Translations under genes and position numbers: made by a program
Shown: positions 19,273 to 28,660 of the stretch, piece after piece
How positions within the stretch are numbered: the first letter of the stretch is position 1
Layout of the letters: each line of letters opens with the position of its first letter
Notes under the pieces: model-generated
What the model saw: the letters and a program-made list of their open reading frames with translations, nothing else
The model's database searches: none
What the model was told of the DNA's origin: nothing
Source of the DNA: a virus
Virus record (IMG/VR): IMGVR_UViG_3300027983_001201
Span: 3,194 to 67,193 of that record
Direction: 5' to 3' (one strand)
DNA: 64,000 bases

Positions 19273-19344
19273 TAGAACCATCTCTTTTAAGACGTGGATT
19301 TATTTACTGTTGATTTTTTAATAAATTATAACTATATTTGTATT

Positions 19345-19569
19345 ATGATACCATCAGCACCAAAATTTAGAAAGATTGTGTTGTTATTAAAGGATGAAGA
19401 TAACAAACCAACAACAAGAATAGAGTACTTAGATTCTGCTATGATAATAACGGGTAATTATGTTATTATTACTGAAGAAGAATTAGTAAGTGTAGATAGT
19501 CCTTCTACTATTAGTGGGAATATCTATGAAATGAAAAATATTCATTCATATAAACTTTATAAAGATTAA
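19345..19569 (+). CDS. Small hypothetical protein
   Basis: Start moved to ATG 19345 after TATATTTG. Confidence 0.65.
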   Translation: MIPSAPKFRKIVLLLKDEDNKPTTRIEYLDSAMIITGNYVIITEEELVSVDSPSTISGNIYEMKNIHSYKLYKD

Positions 19570-19572
19570 ATT

Positions 19573-19869
19573 ATGATATTATTAAAACATGAAGAAAAGG
19601 GTTCAATAGAATGTCTATATGAATCCAGTAACATATTAGGTTCTAAATACGTTACAAATGAAAAAAAATTAGCAATAATATTTAAATCTGGTAAACAATA
19701 TGTTTACAGTGATATCACATATGAACAATATCGTAAGTTTGAGTTATCTAAAAGTCAAGGTAAAGTGCTGAACACTATAGTTAAGGGACATAACTTTGAG
19801 AAGTCAACTAACACTGTAGATATTACCCCTATGTTAGAACAAATAGAACAAATTAAAAGTACGTTATAA
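19573..19869 (+). CDS. KTSC-domain protein
   Basis: ESSNI...Y...L.IIFKSGKQYVY..I....Y..F..S.SQGK. Confidence 0.8.
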   Translation: MILLKHEEKGSIECLYESSNILGSKYVTNEKKLAIIFKSGKQYVYSDITYEQYRKFELSKSQGKVLNTIVKGHNFEKSTNTVDITPMLEQIEQIKSTL

Positions 19870-19874
19870 AAATA

Positions 19875-20319
19875 GAAACGGGCGTTTCGATAATAAAAAA
19901 TAAAATAAAAAATAAAAATTATGGAAAATTTAATAGTAGTAGTATCAGTTTTATCTACTTTAGGTGTGGTTGCAATAGTCTTATCTATTGTAAGTGTCCT
20001 AAATAAGTTAAAAGGTAAGGTTGATGTTCAATCGTTTGATAATAGAGTAGATAATATGGAACGAAGTCTTAGAGAAGGTATAGAAAACAATTATAGGTTA
20101 ATAGATAGTAGTGTTGTGGAAATTCACAATATGTATGAAAGAAAAATGGAAATATTAGAAAACCAAATTTCTAAAGTAGATAAAAGAATAGATTCTAGAT
20201 CCGATAAATTAGTGGATCATATGTGTAGAGAATTTAATGTCGTACACGAAAAATTAGATAGTAATAAAGAAAGTAAGAAAAAATTACTTAAAGATTAAAT
20301 AAAAAGATTCGCCCGTTTC
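19875..20319. repeat. 10-bp inverted repeat GAAACGGGCG (19875-19884) / CGCCCGTTTC (20310-20319) enclosing one gene
   Basis: Exact reverse complements flanking 19921-20298. Confidence 0.8.
19921..20298 (+). CDS. Single-TM coiled-coil membrane protein
   Basis: N-terminal hydrophobic helix then heptad region ending IDSRSDKL. Confidence 0.75.
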   Translation: MENLIVVVSVLSTLGVVAIVLSIVSVLNKLKGKVDVQSFDNRVDNMERSLREGIENNYRLIDSSVVEIHNMYERKMEILENQISKVDKRIDSRSDKLVDHMCREFNVVHEKLDSNKESKKKLLKD

Positions 20320-20373
20320 CTTTTATTTAACATTTATCTCTACATTAGTATATTTATATAAAAACACTAATTT

Positions 20374-21168
20374 ATGGATATCAGAAGATTAACAGAAGAA
20401 GAAGTTAATAATTTATTAGAAAAAGAATCAATTGACTTATCCTCTTTCCAAGTAAGGTCACAACTTAATCCAAAAATATTTGACGATACCCAACACATGT
20501 ACGAAGATGTTCGTAGAAGGCTTCTTATGATCGCTGACGATTTCTTTGAAACTTTAAATGTAGATTGGGTAGATATTGACGATATTATCTTAACTGGTAG
20601 TCTTTCTAATTATAATTGGTCAAAATTCTCAGACGTTGATTTACATATATTGGTGGATTTTGAATCTGCCGATGAAAATGTCGATTTAGTAAAGGAATAC
20701 TTTAACTCAAAGAAAAATTTATGGAATGAAAAACACGACATAACTATTAAAGGTTATGAAGTGGAGGTATATATGCAAGATACTAAGGAAGAACATGTTT
20801 CTAGTGGTGTATATTCTATTCTATGGGGTGGATGGGTTATTAAACCAGACTACACTAAAAAAGAGATAGACTCTAAAAAGGTTGAACATAAGGTTAATAA
20901 TATTATAGATGGTATCGAAGAAATTTATTTTATGTATAAAAGTGGGGACTATGATAAAACTATCAGGAAAATCCAAAACATGAAAGATAAAATTAAAAAA
21001 ATGAGACAAAGTGGTTTAGATAGAGAGGGTGAATATTCTTTTGAAAACATCGCGTTTAAAGTACTTAGAAGAACTATGTATTTAGACAAATTAAGTGAGA
21101 TTGAAACTAAAGCATATGATAAATCATTAACTTTAGATGAATCGTTTAAATATTTTAAAAAGAGATAA
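20374..21168 (+). CDS. Pol-beta-superfamily nucleotidyltransferase
   Basis: IILTGSLSNYNWSKFSDVDLHIL (GS...DxD) plus EVEVY. Confidence 0.8.
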   Translation: MDIRRLTEEEVNNLLEKESIDLSSFQVRSQLNPKIFDDTQHMYEDVRRRLLMIADDFFETLNVDWVDIDDIILTGSLSNYNWSKFSDVDLHILVDFESADENVDLVKEYFNSKKNLWNEKHDITIKGYEVEVYMQDTKEEHVSSGVYSILWGGWVIKPDYTKKEIDSKKVEHKVNNIIDGIEEIYFMYKSGDYDKTIRKIQNMKDKIKKMRQSGLDREGEYSFENIAFKVLRRTMYLDKLSEIETKAYDKSLTLDESFKYFKKR

Positions 21169-21223
21169 AAATTAAATTGTGTTTTTTTATTAAAAACGCA
21201 ATATTTATTTAATAAACATTATA

Positions 21224-21550
21224 ATGGGAACATATTTAACAGGAACATATTCAGTCATACACACTATTAGTACTGCAAATTTTACTAATTTTGTATATAG
21301 TGCTGTTTATTTTAACACAAGTGGTACATATACGATAAATGGTACATCGGTTACTGGTGTAGCTGGTGAGACATTAGATATTATAATAGATGAGTCAACA
21401 ACAACATTAAACGCAGGGTTTCTTTTATTAGGTAACTCTAAACCACCAGGATTATTTAGAACTGGTTTAGTTACCACAACTGGTGGAACTAATGGTGGGG
21501 AACAATGGCAATTCGTAAATATATACACAGGATTACCAACAAACGGATAA
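21224..21550 (+). CDS. Thr/Gly-rich small beta protein, possibly structural
   Basis: Composition; TATTTAT at 21202-21208. Confidence 0.6.
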   Translation: MGTYLTGTYSVIHTISTANFTNFVYSAVYFNTSGTYTINGTSVTGVAGETLDIIIDESTTTLNAGFLLLGNSKPPGLFRTGLVTTTGGTNGGEQWQFVNIYTGLPTNG

Positions 21551-21579
21551 AAATAAAATTAAAAATATATATATATAAA

Positions 21580-23496
21580 ATGAAAAAATACACTAACCCA
21601 AAAACCCTAAAAGGACAGGATAAAGTTAATAGAGCTAAAGACTTAATGAGTAGAATGACTACATTGAATGAGAGTACTTCTCTTTCAGAAATAGATTTCA
21701 TTAAGAAAGGACCAAACGGAATTGTTTATGGTATCATTAGAGAAAACCATAACTACTTTATAAAAACCACTGAAAAAACATCTGGAACATTATCTTCTGA
21801 AGATTTTGATTATTCAGGTGGTGTTAAAAATAAATTCAACGAAAGATATCATTCTTACGCTGAGGCGTTGAAACATTTAAATATGAAATTTGATATGTTG
21901 AACGAATCTTATGGTATTGAAATCGGAACAAATCTTTTTGAATCAGATGGTGTGGAAGTTAAAGAAGCTAACGCTAGTGGATTAGTTAAAATTAAAGAAG
22001 TTGTAGATGTTGCAGATGAAGTTGTAACGGAACCAAAAGACGGTGAGAATACTGAAGATGTTGAGGAGTTATTAGACGAAGATATTGAAGAAGTTGAAGA
22101 ACAAAAAAAAGTAATTAAGGTTGATGCACCTCCAGCAGTAGAATATCCTATAGAAGATGAAGTCGAAGTAGATGAATTCAGTGTGGAAGATGAAGGTGAA
22201 GATCCTTTTGGAGATGAAGAAGGTGGTGATATGGGTGATGAAGAAGATGGTGATGAAACCACAAAGAAAATACAAAAATACACTGGTAAACTTGGTCAAC
22301 TATTAAGAGATAAAACTGAGCCAGACGCTGAATTAGATAAGTACGTTATTAACTCCATTATTTCGGCAATTGATTGGGAAGAGATTTCTGATGATGATGT
22401 TGAAGACATCATATCAAAAATAGAGGGTGAAGATGAAGAAGATGGTGAAGGGGTTGAATTAGATATGGATATAGATAGTGAAGAAGTGGTTGATTTGGAT
22501 TCTGAAGAAGTTGAGGACCCATTCGCTGAAGAAGAAGTGGTAAAAGAATCTAGAGTATTCTCCAAAAAACAATTAATGGAATCTTTTCTTAGAAACACCA
22601 CAAAAAAAACACTTAAAAAAGTATTAAAAGAAAACAATAGAATTTGTGAAGAATGTTTAGGTGAAGGTTGTGAGTCTTGTAATGTGGAAGAACACCATAA
22701 TATGTCTCATACAAACTACGGAAAATTCGATAGAGATGAATATATGTTAGATGAAAAACTTAAAGGTGGTCAACATAAACTCGATAGGAACAAAAATAGA
22801 AGAATTGATGCTGAAGACTTCAAAATGATGAGAAAAGGTAAGAAACAATATATGGATGAACAAATTGAAGAATTTGATACCTTCGATGATTGGAAGAATA
22901 GTGATTATTATCCAGACAGTCAGTGGACTATTGGTGGTAATAGTAGATCAACTGTCAGGAATAATAGAATGTCCGATGGAAAACCATCGAACCAACACTA
23001 TTTTGATAAATATCGAGATCAATATGGTCCCTTTAGAGTTAAACCATGGGAAGATTCACATGCAGGGACATTTGGTCCTGATGATAATGATTTACCTTGG
23101 ATAGATACTAGAAATAGAAGACTTAGTGGTGATATTAATGAAGATATGGACGTAATGGATGCAATAGCAACAGGACAAGATTATCTTTCAGCAACAAGAG
23201 ATTTAGATAGAGATGGGGATCAAATTCCAAATAGATTAGATATGGATAATGATGGTGATGGAAATATAGATTTTGAAATGGGTTCTGACGGAAATGAAGG
23301 TTTCATTGAATTAGATTTCGATTCTATTATGGGTACTGAAGCACCTGTTAAGGAACCAGGTATTAAAGAACCTACTACACGTCCAGGTAAAGGGGAAAAA
23401 TGGAAAACTATTAAGAGACCTAAAGTTGATCCTAGACCTAAAGCTAGTGATAGACCATCTAAACGTTCATTTAGAAGAAGAGGTATGTTTAGATAA
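21580..23496 (+). CDS. Highly acidic putative prohead core/internal protein with Ca-binding-like motifs
   Basis: ATG 21580; many LxE sites; DRNKNRRIDAED EF-hand-like and DRDGDQIPNRLDMDNDGDG TSP3-like motifs. Confidence 0.7.
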   Translation: MKKYTNPKTLKGQDKVNRAKDLMSRMTTLNESTSLSEIDFIKKGPNGIVYGIIRENHNYFIKTTEKTSGTLSSEDFDYSGGVKNKFNERYHSYAEALKHLNMKFDMLNESYGIEIGTNLFESDGVEVKEANASGLVKIKEVVDVADEVVTEPKDGENTEDVEELLDEDIEEVEEQKKVIKVDAPPAVEYPIEDEVEVDEFSVEDEGEDPFGDEEGGDMGDEEDGDETTKKIQKYTGKLGQLLRDKTEPDAELDKYVINSIISAIDWEEISDDDVEDIISKIEGEDEEDGEGVELDMDIDSEEVVDLDSEEVEDPFAEEEVVKESRVFSKKQLMESFLRNTTKKTLKKVLKENNRICEECLGEGCESCNVEEHHNMSHTNYGKFDRDEYMLDEKLKGGQHKLDRNKNRRIDAEDFKMMRKGKKQYMDEQIEEFDTFDDWKNSDYYPDSQWTIGGNSRSTVRNNRMSDGKPSNQHYFDKYRDQYGPFRVKPWEDSHAGTFGPDDNDLPWIDTRNRRLSGDINEDMDVMDAIATGQDYLSATRDLDRDGDQIPNRLDMDNDGDGNIDFEMGSDGNEGFIELDFDSIMGTEAPVKEPGIKEPTTRPGKGEKWKTIKRPKVDPRPKASDRPSKRSFRRRGMFR

Positions 23497-23894
23497 TGAA
23501 TTTAGTTTATATAAATAAAATTGGGCAAAACTGGAAAGGGAACTACATTTATGAGTTCCTTTTTTCTGACACTTTAGAAGATATTGACGGTGAAGGTTGG
23601 GACTCGTACCCATCTTCTGGAAATCCAGAACCACCAGAAGGTAGATTTGTTAAAGAGACGGGGATGTTAGATACCACATTAAAATTAGATTTGGTACAAG
23701 AGTCTGATTCATTTGCAATGTGGGACGCTGTAGATGGTATTGTTTCGATGGCTTGGGAAAATATGGAAGGGTATGATGAATATCCAGAAAAAAGATTATT
23801 TTTCTCTTTTGGTGAAGATATAGAATCAGTAAATGACAAACTATATGAAAAGGATATAGTATTAAATTATAATAAAGAAACGATAAACACATAG
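23496..23894 (+). CDS. Hypothetical protein
   Basis: Coupled ORF; FAMWDAVDGIVSMAWE. Confidence 0.75.
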   Translation: MNLVYINKIGQNWKGNYIYEFLFSDTLEDIDGEGWDSYPSSGNPEPPEGRFVKETGMLDTTLKLDLVQESDSFAMWDAVDGIVSMAWENMEGYDEYPEKRLFFSFGEDIESVNDKLYEKDIVLNYNKETINT

Positions 23895-23896
23895 AA

Positions 23897-24463
23897 ATGA
23901 AAAAGAAAGTAAAAATTTACGAATCAGAAATCAAAAGAGCTACTAGACGTAATCTAATGGAAAGTTATTTAGACGAACAACATGAGATGAGAGACACTTA
24001 TAGTAGAGCAGATTTTAAATCTTCACCTAGAGAACAAGGAGTTAAAGATTTATTTGGGAAGTACGGGGAAGAGATTCCACCATCAGTACTTAGATATATG
24101 AGAAAAAACCCAACAGCAATTGTTAAAAGATTGTTTAAACTTTATGGTAATGAGATATTTGATGTAGTTACAGGTTCTGGTGACGATTATATGTCAGTTG
24201 ATGCACAAAGTGGAAAATATGGTCCTTACGATAGAGATAATGACGGTATATCAAATAGTGTTGATCAAGACGATGATGGTGATGGTATGTTAGATTTAGA
24301 TGGTGAAATGGTAGGTGAATCTGAAGAAGTAGTCACTAAATCCACTAAATATAGTCGTGATGAGGTTAAAAATATGACGGATATTGATGGGACTATGACA
24401 TTACCTAATACGAATGAATCTACAAAAAGTTTACTCAAAAAGTTTCTAAACACTAGAAAGTAA
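23897..24463 (+). CDS. Leader-bearing protein with TSP3-like Asp repeat
   Basis: MKKKVKIYESEIKR; DRDNDGISNSVDQDDDGDGMLD. Confidence 0.7.
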   Translation: MKKKVKIYESEIKRATRRNLMESYLDEQHEMRDTYSRADFKSSPREQGVKDLFGKYGEEIPPSVLRYMRKNPTAIVKRLFKLYGNEIFDVVTGSGDDYMSVDAQSGKYGPYDRDNDGISNSVDQDDDGDGMLDLDGEMVGESEEVVTKSTKYSRDEVKNMTDIDGTMTLPNTNESTKSLLKKFLNTRK

Positions 24464-24464
24464 A

Positions 24465-25187
24465 ATGAAAAAAAAGGATATCATAAAGGGTTTAATATCT
24501 GAAAAGTTCGTTTCTAAAGCGCAACAAAAATATTTTTATGCTAAATGTGATGATTCATCAAATAAAGAAGAAAAAAAATGGTGTAAAATGGCTAAAGAAT
24601 TTTCTGATGATACTGATTTTAGTAAACTAAAAGACAAAAAAGAGACCATAAACAGTAAAATGAAGAAAGGGCAGTTAATGGAATACATCAACTTCAAACG
24701 AAACGGTGGTATTAAAAAATTAAGAAAAAGGGATATCGTAAAAGAACAAAGAGATCAACCTATTCACATTGTAGATGAAATGGATAATTTCAATAAAAGA
24801 GATGTCATGAGGTATATAGAATATATTAGAGAAAGTGGGTTGATTAATATGTTTGGTGCCCATCCGATACTTAACTGGACCAAAAAAGATATGGAAAGGT
24901 GGTTATATGGTCAAAAACAAGATATTGAATCTATTGAAGATGAGATTGGAAATCTTAAATATGAAGAGGATGATAATGAATCTGAAATAGATAGTTTAGA
25001 AGAACATTTAAAAATTATAAACTATTTATTAGATAATAAACAAAAAATAAGAGACATACTCATTAGAACCGCAATTAAAAGGATTGAAGAGGGAGATGGT
25101 AATATGGAAACACATAATATACAGAGAGTGTTTCAGAGGTTAGCTAAAGATTCTTGGATGATGTGGACAACTGCTATTCATGGTTGA
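24465..25187 (+). CDS. Multi-module protein (SKAQQ module + DUF5049-like IRESGLINMF)
   Basis: FVSKAQQKYFYAKC...KEFSDDT; YIRESGLINMFGA. Confidence 0.6.
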   Translation: MKKKDIIKGLISEKFVSKAQQKYFYAKCDDSSNKEEKKWCKMAKEFSDDTDFSKLKDKKETINSKMKKGQLMEYINFKRNGGIKKLRKRDIVKEQRDQPIHIVDEMDNFNKRDVMRYIEYIRESGLINMFGAHPILNWTKKDMERWLYGQKQDIESIEDEIGNLKYEEDDNESEIDSLEEHLKIINYLLDNKQKIRDILIRTAIKRIEEGDGNMETHNIQRVFQRLAKDSWMMWTTAIHG

Positions 25188-25202
25188 TAAAAAATTAAGA
25201 AA

Positions 25203-26627
25203 ATGAAAAATAAAACAATTAGAATAACGGAATCACAATTAAAGAAATTAACTAAGAAAAGAGTTAGTGAAGCAATTGAATATGATCCACAACATCCAGA
25301 AAGAATGAACCCCGACATTGAGAGAAGATTGGGGGGTGGTGAACATATTTTTGGAAAAAGCAAATCTGTTCCTTCTGGTTCGGAAAGTCAAAACTATTCT
25401 GAGAAATTAGCTAGTAAAAGATTTAAAGAAATTATTAGTAAAGTAAAAAGATATCATGGTGTGGATAATATTAGCCCAAACATTATGAGTCAGATGATGT
25501 CGATAATGCAACAAGTTGGACAAATAGAATCTAACCATAAGGATGCATTAGAGAAATTAGCTGTAGATATAGTGTCGGAAGAGTTTGACATCCCAGATCA
25601 AATGTTAGAGGCTACATTAACACCTCCAGGTACAGAACTTAGTATCGATCCTGATGAAGAGGAAGAAGAGGATGATGATGGTGGATTTGAAATTCCTAAG
25701 CAACCAAAAAGTGCTGAGAGAATGGAAGAGTTGGAGATGGAGGTAGATAAGAGAAGAATATTAAACGCATTAATGCAAGGAGCGTCTAAAAAAGGACACT
25801 ATATATTCCATATGGTTGCCGATGAATTAGATTCTTTAGATCCGAGACTTATGGTATTATATGGTAAACTTATGTCAGTTGCTGATTTTCAGTATTGGGT
25901 AATTCCTGATAGTGTAATGGGTGGTAATAAAAGTATTGGTGGTACCGAAAAAATTGAATGGAGAAAAGCTGAAAAAGCTGAAGATGAGGATGAAGAAGAA
26001 GAAATGAAAAAAGTTAATATAGAAGAGGATGATGAAATGCCTGTTGTAGTCGCTAAAGCGTGGATTTTCCCATTATTGGTTCATGAATTAATTAAAGGGA
26101 CATTAGAGTTATCAGCATCCAACTGGGGTGAAGGTCATTTAGATATGGAAGAACAAATGGAAGTTATCGAAAAGGCTGATACAGTCGAAGGTGAGATATG
26201 GGGGATGAGATTGGGTCCTGGTATGTGGGAAAAATTCTTAGATTGTATTGATCCAGATGATTACGATATTAAACAATGGTTATTCCACGAATTAAGTAAA
26301 TTACCAGCTAAACAATTTCATTCATTTATGAAAGAAATACTTGTGGGTAGTCAAAAATGTACGGAAGTTATTAAAACATTAAAAGATTTACACAATCAAG
26401 AACCAAGTGAAGGTTTGGATGATATGATTGATGATAACGGTTACGATGACATGGGGGATGTATTAGATAATTTAGGGATTAATGTTGAAGATGAAGATGA
26501 ATCTACTGAGGAACCTAAAGAAGTTGATTATTCTGAGATGTCTAAAAAGGAGATTGAGGAGTTAATTAATGATGCTTTAGATACCGGTGACTTTGTTACA
26601 GTTGCAAAGTTACATAAATTTATGTAA
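25203..26627 (+). CDS. Acidic leader-bearing protein
   Basis: MKNKTIRITESQLKKL; FPLLVHELIKG; GMRLGP. Confidence 0.75.
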   Translation: MKNKTIRITESQLKKLTKKRVSEAIEYDPQHPERMNPDIERRLGGGEHIFGKSKSVPSGSESQNYSEKLASKRFKEIISKVKRYHGVDNISPNIMSQMMSIMQQVGQIESNHKDALEKLAVDIVSEEFDIPDQMLEATLTPPGTELSIDPDEEEEEDDDGGFEIPKQPKSAERMEELEMEVDKRRILNALMQGASKKGHYIFHMVADELDSLDPRLMVLYGKLMSVADFQYWVIPDSVMGGNKSIGGTEKIEWRKAEKAEDEDEEEEMKKVNIEEDDEMPVVVAKAWIFPLLVHELIKGTLELSASNWGEGHLDMEEQMEVIEKADTVEGEIWGMRLGPGMWEKFLDCIDPDDYDIKQWLFHELSKLPAKQFHSFMKEILVGSQKCTEVIKTLKDLHNQEPSEGLDDMIDDNGYDDMGDVLDNLGINVEDEDESTEEPKEVDYSEMSKKEIEELINDALDTGDFVTVAKLHKFM

Positions 26628-26648
26628 CCTTAATAATTATTATACTAT

Positions 26649-26677
26649 AAAAAATCCCACTATCGATGGGATTTTTT
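26649..26677 (+). terminator. Intrinsic terminator
   Basis: AAAAAATCCCA-ctatcga-TGGGATTTTTT. Confidence 0.8.
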
Positions 26678-26703
26678 GTTTATAACAAGTATTTATATAT
26701 AAG

Positions 26704-28650
26704 ATGAGACAAAAAATTAAAAATATATTATTGGAGTATGTAGATTTAAATAAATATAAAAAATTTAAATCCACCGTTTATAGATATATCGATGAATATA
26801 TGGATGGTGATGAGTTTAGTGATATGGATGAAAATGAAAAAATGACTGTCATACCATATAATATGATGTCTGATTTCAATATTAAGAAATATGATGCAAT
26901 CACCTTCCTTTTTCTATGGTGTATGGACAAAGGTAAAGACCCATTAGAATTTATCGCTTACGAAGAATTAATTAATGAACATTACGCTGAGGATTTAACT
27001 GAACTTCTTACAAATATTGGTTGGTATGATAGATATATAAAAGATCCAGACCATTTTCCACAAAATTTTAATGATATAGAAAGAAAGGGTGATAAAGTTT
27101 TTTTAGTTGTCGATAGGTATGATGAACTTTCAATGTTATTTAGTGACGATGATCGTGATACTGTTGAACGTGTACTAGGGGAAGACTGGGCTGATTTATA
27201 TGGGTCTTTTGAAGTGGACTTTTCTGATGATGTCGTTGATAACATGGATGAAAAATCTATAAAACATGTACAAGATTATATTAAAGAAAATGATTTTATT
27301 GGTAAGGTATTAGACTATGATGAATACGGTGATGTATTGACGGAAGAAATGGTTGATGATTCCTCTGTGTTAATGGAACTGATAGGGACTGATGAGGTGT
27401 TTGGTGATATATATAATGACTTAAAAAATTATTATAGAGACGCTTATAGTCAAGCGGGTGAGGATGAGATATTTGGTGAGTTAAACGATGAGATAGTGGA
27501 GTTATTAGGTGGTAAAGGTGAATGGGTCAATATTACCAATAAAGATGGTAATGATTCACAACATTTACATTTTGATATCACTGATATATATTATGAATAT
27601 ATGGTTGAGGCTATGAAACACGATGACGAAATGCCAGGACATAACTATAATGACTACATAACTATGTTATCCTTTGTTTTAGACGAAAAGGGTGAAAGAT
27701 TAAGGACACCAGATATGGATTATTTTTATCCAGATTCGTCAAAGACTAAAGAAAATTTTAATTATAATATGAAAATAAGGTTAACAGGTTCACAATATCG
27801 GAATTTAATTAAAGAAGGTGTTTGGCGTGGTAATAACGGTAATAATGAATTGGTTGATGCTTTTATAGGTGAAGGGGGTAATGAAAATATTATACAATTC
27901 TTTCGAAATTTTTTAGAAATATATCATCTAGACGCTGAAGATGTTAAAAGGGATGAAAACTTATATAATTTAGTTTTTGATAAGATAAAAACATTAAAAG
28001 ATGAATACCGACAAACTATTAGGATGATTGAGAATTTAAACTATTTACCATTGTTTGATTATATAATGAGAAATGAGGTAGATAAAATAATAACTAACTC
28101 AAATACCGAAACAGTATTTTTTAGTATACAAAAATTACTTAACTATTTTGATTTTCGTGGTGATTATTCAGAAAAGTCTATTGAATATAAAAAAGTGGAT
28201 GACATTTCCCAAAGTTTAGTTGGCGACGCTATTACCTATATTATTAAAAATAATAGTAAAAAAGATACTATTAAAAAATTATCAATAATGGGGGATTTAA
28301 TGCCTTCTGATAAACGCAGTTCAATACTACCAATTGCTGATACAATAGCTAAGAATCATGGTATGACACTATTTGCGAAATATAAAGGATTTACTTTCAC
28401 TAAAAAAGATGATTCTATGGTTCGACAGTTAGTAAATTACATAAAAGATATTACTGTATCACCTAAGAAAACTAAGAGAGGGTTTTTAAATTATATTGGT
28501 TCACAATATGGTGCTGCACAACATTCTGCTTTTTGGAGCGCTGTCAATAGGGCTGGTATAATAGAGAAAGTTGGTGGTGGTAATAATGTAACCTATAAGT
28601 TGGGTGATAATTACGAAGAATGGGAGAATGGTAACCTAGTAGCGTTTTAA
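26704..28650 (+). CDS. Fusion of two leader-bearing proteins (second begins at ATG 27769)
   Basis: MRQKIKNILLE...ENFNYN|MKIRLTGSQYRNLIKE. Confidence 0.7.
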   Translation: MRQKIKNILLEYVDLNKYKKFKSTVYRYIDEYMDGDEFSDMDENEKMTVIPYNMMSDFNIKKYDAITFLFLWCMDKGKDPLEFIAYEELINEHYAEDLTELLTNIGWYDRYIKDPDHFPQNFNDIERKGDKVFLVVDRYDELSMLFSDDDRDTVERVLGEDWADLYGSFEVDFSDDVVDNMDEKSIKHVQDYIKENDFIGKVLDYDEYGDVLTEEMVDDSSVLMELIGTDEVFGDIYNDLKNYYRDAYSQAGEDEIFGELNDEIVELLGGKGEWVNITNKDGNDSQHLHFDITDIYYEYMVEAMKHDDEMPGHNYNDYITMLSFVLDEKGERLRTPDMDYFYPDSSKTKENFNYNMKIRLTGSQYRNLIKEGVWRGNNGNNELVDAFIGEGGNENIIQFFRNFLEIYHLDAEDVKRDENLYNLVFDKIKTLKDEYRQTIRMIENLNYLPLFDYIMRNEVDKIITNSNTETVFFSIQKLLNYFDFRGDYSEKSIEYKKVDDISQSLVGDAITYIIKNNSKKDTIKKLSIMGDLMPSDKRSSILPIADTIAKNHGMTLFAKYKGFTFTKKDDSMVRQLVNYIKDITVSPKKTKRGFLNYIGSQYGAAQHSAFWSAVNRAGIIEKVGGGNNVTYKLGDNYEEWENGNLVAF

Positions 28651-28660
28651 ATGAATTATT

